Virus record (IMG/VR): IMGVR_UViG_3300010429_000979
Span: 1 to 64,000 of that record
Source of the DNA: a virus
Lineage: Duplodnaviria > Caudoviricetes
Length of the DNA stretch: 64,000 nt
Direction: 5' to 3' (one strand)
Positions 27,822 to 37,200 of this stretch are shown one piece after another. The notes beneath the pieces are model-generated. The model was not told the origin of the DNA and ran no database searches. It saw only the letters and a list, made by a program, of their open reading frames with translations. A program made the position numbers and the translations under genes. The first letter of the stretch is position 1. The number at the start of each line of letters is the position of its first letter.

Positions 27822-29558
27822 ATGGCCAAGATAAATAATCCTTGGGTAAATTACGTTACTCGGTCTTTTTCTGATATAAAATCATCAGTACTGAACAGGG
27901 TAAAAACCCAATGCCCGGAAATAACAGACCTCAGTGATTCAAACATCCTCGTTATCATCATCAGTATCTTTGCAGGTATTGCTGAGATGTTGAATTACTA
28001 CATTGACAACATGGCAAGGGAATCTTACATTGGCTCTGCTAGAAGGCTCTCTTCAATCCTTAAGATTGTCAGGCTGATCAATTACAAAGTAAAATCCTCA
28101 ATCGCTGCTAGCTCTGACCTAACACTAAGTCTGGTTGGGGAAGATGGTAATCCAGTTGAAACCCAGTCACAGATAACTATCCCACTTGAAACCGTATTCT
28201 CAACTGCCTCGGGGTTAGTCTTTATCTCAACTGAGTCAGCCACTATTGAGATAGGGGAAACAGGTACAACAGTTAAGGTAAAACAACATACATTAGCAAG
28301 CCTCCAACTAATCGGTACAGGAAACGGTACTGCATTCCAATCAATCTACCTGCCTTCAGATTATGAACATGGCTCATGTGTAATTACTATAGACAGCGTA
28401 ACCTGGACATACCGGGATTTCTTAGATGTCTCTGGGCCAACAGATAAGCATTACACCACAGAGGTTGATGATTATGGTTTAGCATATATCAAATTTGGAG
28501 ATGGTGTTAACGGTCTTAAGCCCGATACAGGCCTAAGTATTTATCTTACCTACTACCGTACTTCAGGAGCATCTGGTAATTCAAACATAGATACGATCAC
28601 CAGTATCGATTCCAATATTGCAATACCTAATCAGACTCCCGTTATTTCAGAGATACTGGCTACTAACCATATCGCTGCTTCAGGTGGCAGGGATACTGAA
28701 GGGTTAGAGGTTATTAGGAAGTTAGCCCCACTCAGTCTAAGGACATTGAACAGGGCAGTAACTCGTCAGGATTATATTGACATAGCTAAGTTGGCTCCAG
28801 GAGTCGATAAGGCCAGCCTCTATTTCGAATGTGGTAAGAAGGTAGAGGTATACATAGCCCCGATGGGTGGAGGTGTTGCTTCTATCCAGCTATGTAATGA
28901 CACTAATGATTTCATCGATGAGAAGAAGATGGTTACTACTTTCGTATCAGTTCTTCCTACTGGTGAAACTTATATTGGTATGTCAATCTCAGTAACTGGC
29001 AAATTCCGGGTACCATCTATCCTTATCGAACAGGACATCATCACTGAATTAACTCAGGCCTATTCCTATGTCAACAGTGATATCAATAAACCAGTAAGAA
29101 CATCAGACATCATTGCATTGGTTGATAACTTGGAGAAGATCGATTTCCTTGAACTGACAGAGATATATCAGATACCCTATGCAAGGCCTAAGGTTCAAAC
29201 CTTACAGGAATTGGTATGGGAAAGAAAAGTAATGACTGGCTCAACCGATACTCATGAGTGGAGGTTAGTTTTTCAAGAAGAGCCAGTCTATGGCGATAGT
29301 TATTTCAGAGTATACCGGGATAAGGTCTGGAAGAAAAACCTGGCATTCGGTGATTGGTATGACCCCGCCCCAACATCTTTCACTGAATTGAATTTCCTAA
29401 TCCTTGCTGCTGATAACGCTGGCTTAGAGAATGGGGATACCTGGTTATTTAAAACTTACCCCTATAACAAGGACTTAGTCCTTACGGATTTCACTGTACC
29501 CATTATCAGGTCACAGGATATCATTTTGACAATCACTGAACAAAACTACATCGTCTAA
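27822..29558 (+). CDS. baseplate J / gp6-like wedge protein
   Basis: FGDGVNGLKP, GASGN, RAVTRQDY motifs. Confidence 0.85.
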   Translation: MAKINNPWVNYVTRSFSDIKSSVLNRVKTQCPEITDLSDSNILVIIISIFAGIAEMLNYYIDNMARESYIGSARRLSSILKIVRLINYKVKSSIAASSDLTLSLVGEDGNPVETQSQITIPLETVFSTASGLVFISTESATIEIGETGTTVKVKQHTLASLQLIGTGNGTAFQSIYLPSDYEHGSCVITIDSVTWTYRDFLDVSGPTDKHYTTEVDDYGLAYIKFGDGVNGLKPDTGLSIYLTYYRTSGASGNSNIDTITSIDSNIAIPNQTPVISEILATNHIAASGGRDTEGLEVIRKLAPLSLRTLNRAVTRQDYIDIAKLAPGVDKASLYFECGKKVEVYIAPMGGGVASIQLCNDTNDFIDEKKMVTTFVSVLPTGETYIGMSISVTGKFRVPSILIEQDIITELTQAYSYVNSDINKPVRTSDIIALVDNLEKIDFLELTEIYQIPYARPKVQTLQELVWERKVMTGSTDTHEWRLVFQEEPVYGDSYFRVYRDKVWKKNLAFGDWYDPAPTSFTELNFLILAADNAGLENGDTWLFKTYPYNKDLVLTDFTVPIIRSQDIILTITEQNYIV

Positions 29559-30238
29559 TGGTTAATTTCACAAATTGGATATTCGATAGGTTTCCTCGGA
29601 GATTTAAAATCGAAGACTCTTATAAGGATGCCGATGGTAAAGGTCTCCTAGAAAGGATGATGGGTGTGATTGGTGATGAACTCGATGAAGAGATTATACC
29701 ACTCATTGAAGATTACCAAGTCCAACAAAACCCAATCACTTGCGATAGTAAGTTCATTAACCTTATCGCATTCTTTTATGGGAATCCTCCAAGTCCATTA
29801 TCATACGAAGACCTATATAGGAAACTTCTGAGCAAGATAACAGAGGTCAATAAGATCAAAGGAACTGAAGCCTCATACGTTCTGTTCTTTAAACTTATTG
29901 GCCTTGATGTTGCTGTAAGGGAAGTACCATTGGTTGATTACAGATATGACAAGGATAACATTAGGTATGATAATAATGAACACCTAAGGTATGATATGAA
30001 CTGCCCACCTTGTTCTGGTTACTATCTAGACATCCTAGACCATGATAACCTTTACCCAGAGTTCATCCACAACCCAATCGATCCAGAAATCTTTAAGCTC
30101 TTGATGTCCATGATACGGTATTGCGAACCTATCAATGCTAGACTAATTGAGGTAACTTATGATGACACACCATTATACCTTGGAGGTAGCTATGATATCG
30201 ATTATTCATTCAGCTATGACAGGATAAGAAGAAGATAA
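29558..30238 (+). CDS. baseplate wedge protein (P2 gpI-like)
   Basis: Follows the J-like gene; YRKLL...KIKGT pattern. Confidence 0.7.
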   Translation: MVNFTNWIFDRFPRRFKIEDSYKDADGKGLLERMMGVIGDELDEEIIPLIEDYQVQQNPITCDSKFINLIAFFYGNPPSPLSYEDLYRKLLSKITEVNKIKGTEASYVLFFKLIGLDVAVREVPLVDYRYDKDNIRYDNNEHLRYDMNCPPCSGYYLDILDHDNLYPEFIHNPIDPEIFKLLMSMIRYCEPINARLIEVTYDDTPLYLGGSYDIDYSFSYDRIRRR

Positions 30239-30239
30239 T

Positions 30240-31238
30240 ATGGCAAGGACACTAGACCAAAAATTCGCGGAATTAACTCTACTGATCAATAGTATCCTTG
30301 TTGTAAATGAGACTGGCGATATTACCCCACCACGTCACAAATCGATAGTAAACAATTTTAAGGAACTCGTTCAGTGGTTAAAGGTATCTGAGAACTTAGA
30401 TGCAGCAGATTACGTTCAAGAAACAGAAATTGAGTGGAGTCGGTTAATCGTAGGGTTCACATTAGATAATGGTCATGTCTGTGAAAATGATGAGACAGTG
30501 TTACTCACAAACCAAACCAATCTCACAGAGAATGGTATCTGGCAAGTTCGGGTAGCAGGAGAACCAACCAGGCCTACTAACTTCACACCACTAGCCGACC
30601 AAGATGGTTGCATGGTGCTGATAACCAAAAACATTGGAGAAGATAACTTTCTCTTTAAGATTCAGGTATCTGGTTATAAGGTACTTGTTTTCCCCTTAAT
30701 CTGGTCATCAGGAGTAGGTCACTTACAGAATACAGATGTCTACTTAAATTACGGGGGTATCTTCCAAGTCTCTGCTCAAGAGATCTGGGAACATATCCAT
30801 TCAACCATGTCACCTCAGGAAATCGATATCACGGATTTAACTGAGATTGACCTTACCCCATACCCAGACGCAAGATACTTCCTACTCTATTCAACAAATG
30901 AACAGGAAATTATCAGTAGCGTTATTGATAGTAACTCATCAGAGGGAAAACAAATAACCCTGAAGCCAAGAGATAATGGTTTATGGGTAATACTAAGGGA
31001 GGCTCTTGCAGAAGATACGCCTCTCAAACTTCTCACTGGAGTGGATTTCATTATGAAGGAGAAATCACATTACAGTGAATTCAGATTTACGAACGAGGCC
31101 TGGTCACAAGCTGCTGGACTCGGGATTAGAGATATAGTTATGATCGGGGAGAATTGGAGAATGCGTGATGTTAATGGTGCAATGGTTATAGAGAAATACG
31201 ATAATGGTGATTGGGTTGAAATGTCAAATTTAAGTTAA
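30240..31238 (+). CDS. tail-fibre-proximal structural protein, 332 aa (no signal peptide)
   Basis: VLLTNQTNLTENGIWQV motif seen in phage fibre proteins; lies between baseplate and giant gene. Confidence 0.55.
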   Translation: MARTLDQKFAELTLLINSILVVNETGDITPPRHKSIVNNFKELVQWLKVSENLDAADYVQETEIEWSRLIVGFTLDNGHVCENDETVLLTNQTNLTENGIWQVRVAGEPTRPTNFTPLADQDGCMVLITKNIGEDNFLFKIQVSGYKVLVFPLIWSSGVGHLQNTDVYLNYGGIFQVSAQEIWEHIHSTMSPQEIDITDLTEIDLTPYPDARYFLLYSTNEQEIISSVIDSNSSEGKQITLKPRDNGLWVILREALAEDTPLKLLTGVDFIMKEKSHYSEFRFTNEAWSQAAGLGIRDIVMIGENWRMRDVNGAMVIEKYDNGDWVEMSNLS

Positions 31239-31239
31239 T

Positions 31240-34200
31240 ATGAGAAAAATATTTTTCCTTATCTTATTCCTAGTACCTCTCCTGAGCTACTCCCAATATT
31301 ATAAAGTAACCAGAAACCTCAATTCAGATGCGGGGTTTGTTGGTGTTAATACGAACACTGGCGATGGTGCTTCAGAAACGATAATGCTCATAAGAGATAC
31401 AGATACAATGTATATGAGGATGGGTAAAGATTCATCATATATCTTTACCGAGAAGCCACTGTATTTCTTCGGAGAGTATTTACAGATACAGCAGGACTTC
31501 GTCCTTAAGAAGTTTGCTTCTTCAGATACAATGGTCCTGATTGTTAAACCAAATGGATATGTAGATACGATTAGTTTAACCAACCTATTCAATAGCGAAT
31601 CTGGTACAGGAGGTATCTTTATATCATACTGTGATGGTTGTACTCCAGATACTGGATTTATCTTTCTCGGAGATACCCTTATTATAGATACTGCCGGCGG
31701 GTACTGTGAATCATTCATCAGGAACGATACCCTATTCTCTTGTGACACTACAGTGATAGGGGCTACAGGATATTGGGCTAAGTATGATGGTATGTATCTC
31801 ACTCCTAAACAAGGAGAGAATGTGGTAATTGGATCATCAGAGAAACGGCCCAGATCAAAGCTTAATGTTAATGGTGGTGTATTCGTAAGGAAATCAGTAC
31901 ACTCTTATGGAGGATCAGGTGATGTTACCAGTAGTGGCGTTGGATCTGTTAATGCTGCAGATGCCCTAATTATCTCGAGATGGGTTAATGGCAGTATACC
32001 TTGGAACGATAGTTTATATGAGGCTGATGCTTCCGGGAATAATATCATCACGTACAATGAGGTTATTGGTCCTATGTTATTTTTTACTGGTCAGATACCA
32101 GACCTTAAAGCTTGGGCCAGATGGGTAGAGGCTAATTCAGTACAACAGTTCAGAGACAGTACTACCTATATCTATAAGGGCCTTACAATCAGTCCAGCTA
32201 AAAGGGGATATACCCAAGCCACGAGTTACGGAAACTCTGGCCTTTACGTTGATGGGAAAGTCTGGTTACCCACAGTAGGCCAAACAATAAAATTCGATAG
32301 TATCTATGTCCAAGATACTTCTGGTAAAGTAATGACAGTACACAAGAGCCTAGTAGCCCAAGCTAATGGTATAGATAGTTTATATATTGGATTCTGTAAT
32401 GGCTGTACTCCTGACTCAGGTTGGTATTATAATGGCGACTCATTAATCATTGATACAGTAGATAGGTACTGTCCCACGTATTATGCCAATGATACCCTAT
32501 ATGGTTGCGATACAGTAGCTCTTTCAATGAACGGATACTGGGTAAAGGCCGGAGATCTACTATTCCCCTATCAACCCCAATTAGCCGTTCGGATTGGTCC
32601 TGCGAATTATATGCCATCTGCTTCGCTATTTGTAAACTCCGTCAGTGGTACTAGCTTGATCTCACAAACGAACTCAAGTTATGGTAGCTCTGTTTCTGCA
32701 CAAAATCAAAATACCACTGGTGGTGCAGGTATAACTGCTGGGGGTTATATAGGTGTAAGTGGTGGTACCACAAGTAATACTGGTTTAGGGGGATACTTTA
32801 CAAATTGGCAACCAGAACCCAGTCGGCCAGTAGTAGAGATACATTCTAACGGTGGTAAGGGCTTATTCTTTAATTTGGCTAATTCTGGCTCATACCCAAT
32901 CTCAGGTGAAGGTATCTTATTACAAAGGGGGGCAACTGGGACAAACACAATTTCCGGAACGGGTTTTAAAATAAAACAAGTTAATATTGATAATCCCCTG
33001 AATGTGACTGGTTACATGTCAGAATATTATAAGGGGAACACCAGAGTTTCATCAGTTGACGTGAATGGAAATACTTATGCAAGAGGAACCATGAAGGTGG
33101 GGAATATGCCTATCCTATCTGGTACAACTGATACAGCAGTAGTCTGGGATTATAATGACAGCACATATAAACTTAGGAAGGTCGCCGGTGGTACTGTTGG
33201 GGCATTAACTTATGCTGACACACTTACTGATATCGCTACACAATATGATTTAACACAAGTAATCAGTATCGAATCAGACCCAATCTGGATTTCAGATAGC
33301 ATTGATTACCTGCATAAATCAGATACAAATACCAAGGTGTCAAGCCGTTACTGGGTTAATAACCAGGGATTCCTGAAAGTAGAAGGTGATGCTTCTGTAT
33401 CTAATGAAGGTTCTTTGAATGTCATTACCACTAACACCTATCCATCAATCAACAGTAACACCTCTGGAAGTACACCAATCGAGATAAGGAATGGTCCAGC
33501 TGTAGGATTAACATGGAACAACCCCGGTAATTATATTAAGATAGATATCGATACCACTAACATTATCCTTTCAAAACAGCTAGCATCTAGAACATATCAG
33601 AAAATTACTGACACATCTACGAAGGATGCCACAAGGTATTGGGTAGGACAACAAGGATTCTTAGTTAGCGAGGTTGATGGCTCTACCTCAAATGAGATCC
33701 AGAACCTTTCATATAACTCATCAACTCATGCCATCGATATCGATAAAGCAGGGACTTCTGCTATTATACCATTAGCCACAACATCAAATAGCGGATTGCT
33801 TACATCGGCTCAAGCTACTATCCTATATAGCGATAGTATAAAGTGGGCTGCTAAAAAGGATTATGGATTTGCTGATGTAACAGAAACCACGATCTCATTC
33901 AATGATGCTACCCATATCTTTACTCTTGCACCAGTCAGTACCACATGGACCTATATGAGAGCAGGTAAGGTATATACGATTACTGGAAGTAAGACAGTTA
34001 ACCTTGATGATTCACCAGGGGGATTGGTTAATGGCTCAACCTACTTCATTATCATCGACAATACAACAGGAACTCTTACAGCCTCAACAGATGCCTGGAC
34101 ACTAGCAGATACCAAAGTTCCGGTAGCTACGATCAGATGGCATGGTGGACGCTATCCTAAATACTTTCTAGCAGAGGAAAGGCATCAAGCTGGATTCGGT

Positions 34201-37200
34201 AGGATGGTACATAGGAACCTTCACTTCACCAGGGGGGCTCAGATGGTATCCGGGGGATTGGTTGCTGATGCTATTGTTAGTGGTACAACGAATGATGATA
34301 ACACAATTAGCATAACCGATGCTACTATAGCTGATGAGGATTTATTTATTCTTGCAACGTCATTACCTGATGGTGATGGTGCTGGAGGTGACTATCTTAC
34401 CATGTATCATAATGGTGGTAGTTGGACATGGGACACTACGGATATGCCCTATAAGTTTGCTGCTGGTGGATATATCTATTACGATAACGGAACTGATAGT
34501 GTAGTAGGGGGTAATAACAAATTCTATAACTCATATCTTGCTATCACTGACTGGGTAGGACAAGGCAGGCATATCATCTTTCTAGGTCGTGGAGAATTCA
34601 ATTCGGCCACTGCAGCATATTCAGAGAACCCCTTTAACTTTGATTGGACCGGTATACCTATTCAGGAAATCGTTACCATTTATCAGATGACCTGGGAAAG
34701 TGGTAATGCCTACACTACAAAGGGTAAGGTAAGACTTACTAGATTACCTCAAAGGTTATTCGGAACGATCTCTACTACTGTGGGGAGTACACCAACCGTA
34801 GTTGCCAATACTCCACTCTATGGAAATGGTAGCACGGGATCACCATTAAGTATCGATACATTATCTGGACAAGGAGTTGCAACACAATACGATCTTGCTA
34901 TCCACACACAACCCATAAGCAGGGTTACTGGTTTGCAGGATAGTTTAACTCGCATCCATGATACTATCGATAACTATATCCCAAAATATATCGTTGACGC
35001 AGCTGGCGATTTAGTCGTGGGAACGGGGAATAATACCATCAAGAGGTTAGCAAGAGGCTCAGCTGATCAGGTCCTCAAGGTTAATGCGGGTGGTACTGAT
35101 ATAGAGTGGGGAGCTGCAGCAGCTTCAATGGTTTATCCGGGAGCGGGTATACCAGTAAGTACTGGGTCAGCATGGACCACCTCGATAACCAATAACTCCG
35201 CAAATTGGAATACCGCATACGGTTGGGGAAACCATGCGTCAGCAGGTTATGATAACAGTGTTACCAATGAGGGTAGCTTATCTGTAGGTTCGGGAACTGG
35301 CTCAACAAGTGTAATAAACAGTAACACAAGTAGCAGTACCGGGATAACTTTGACAGCCGGAACCGGTTTAGGTATTGCAGAAAATGTTGGAGCATATTCC
35401 ATAACACTGACCAATACCAGCCCAGACAAAACAGTTAGCTTAACAAATGGTACTGCTATAAGTATCACCGGTACATACCCAAGTTTTACAATTAATAACT
35501 CTAGCCCTGACCAAATCGTTGCCCTGACTAACGGTACTGGTATAAGCATTACCGGTACTTATCCAAATTTTACTGTAACAAACCTTGTCCCAGACAGTTC
35601 ATCTAAATATATTCCTAAATATGTGATAGACGCTGCAGGAGATCTGATAGTTGGTACCGGGAATAATACCTTAAATAGGTTGGCTAAAGGAAATGCTCTG
35701 CAAATCCTAAGAGTCAATTCTGGAGGTACAGCATTGGAATGGGCTGATGTTGCAGCAGGTGGGGTAACATCAGTATCTGGAACATCACCAGTAGTATCAT
35801 CAGGGGGGAATACTCCAGCCATCTCGATCAATTCAGATACCCTCACATCCTGGAGAGGGAAACAGAATCATGGGGAAACTGCTTATGGTTGGGGAAATTG
35901 GGCAGGACATACCCAAGCCATCTCAACAGTAAGAGGGTTGCAGGATAGTTTAACGGATAAGATCAATAGTATCAATGATATTGGTACTGGCCCAGGAAAG
36001 GTATTCCATTCTGAATCCGGTGGAAATGTTTACCTACGTTCAATCTATGGAGGAACTGGTATAGCTGTTGTTAATATGCCAAACTATATCGAGGTATATA
36101 ATAATGGGGTAACAGGTTTATCAGGAACATCGCCTATCGCTGTCAGTGCCAGTACTGGATCTATCGCTGTTTCGATCAAGGCTGATACCTTGACTTCCTG
36201 GAGAGGAAAACAAAACCACGGAGAGACGGCATTTGGCTGGGGTAATCATGCAAGTGCAGGATATTTAACATCACAAACATCTCATACAGATGTGGTAGTG
36301 GATGGAGACTTTACCTCAGAGGGGCTAATGAAAAGGGGAGCTAGTGGAGGTACTTATTCAATCGTAACTGATAACTCTGCTAACTGGAATACAGCATACG
36401 GCTGGGGAAATTGGGCAGGTCATACCCAAGCTATATCCACTGTGACAGGTTTACAAGATAGCCTTACCCGTATCCATGATACCATTGATAATTATATCCC
36501 GAAACATATCATCGATGCTGCAGGCGATTTAATCGTGGGATCATCTAATAATGTCCCAGTAAAACTAGCTAAGGGTAATGCATTACAAACTCTTAGAGTA
36601 AATTCTGGTGGGACTGCTCTAGAGTGGGCTGATCCAAAACAGTACTGGACACTGGGAGGTAATGTAGTCTCATTAGATCCGAACTACGAATTAGAGATGG
36701 TCAATTCGGCACAGGGTACTTCACTGGTACGTATCAGTAATGATGTTGCCTCAGTTGAAGATGGCGGACATTCCAGAGGGCTTCAAATAGAGATACCAGC
36801 AGATAACACCCAAAGAACCTTTACATACATACGATACGGTTTATATATTAGTAACTTAGCTGAGAAGAACCATCAAGTTGGTATTTACAATACCTCACAA
36901 CTTAGCCCCACTTCGACCAATTACGTGGGGTATCAGGGATACATAGCTGGTCAGAATGGAAGAACTATGCTACTTACAGGTGGCTCTCCAACATTCGAAG
37001 TATCAAATGCCCCGTATACTGCCGCAAAGATAAGTGGTCACCTTAACTTCAGTTATGCAGGAGGAGGAGGAGCTTCAACATTTGATAGCGTCTGGGTGAA
37101 ATCAACAGTATCTCCGTATAACACTTACCTTGTCCATAAATCATTGATAGGTACTGGTAGTGGGTTAGCTTGGTCAGATACCTTAACTAAGATTGCTACG

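Noticed and set aside
8807-31238. Extracellular contractile injection system or T6SS locus
   Set aside because: Terminase, portal, protease and major capsid genes precede the tail genes and a full replication module follows, so this is a phage
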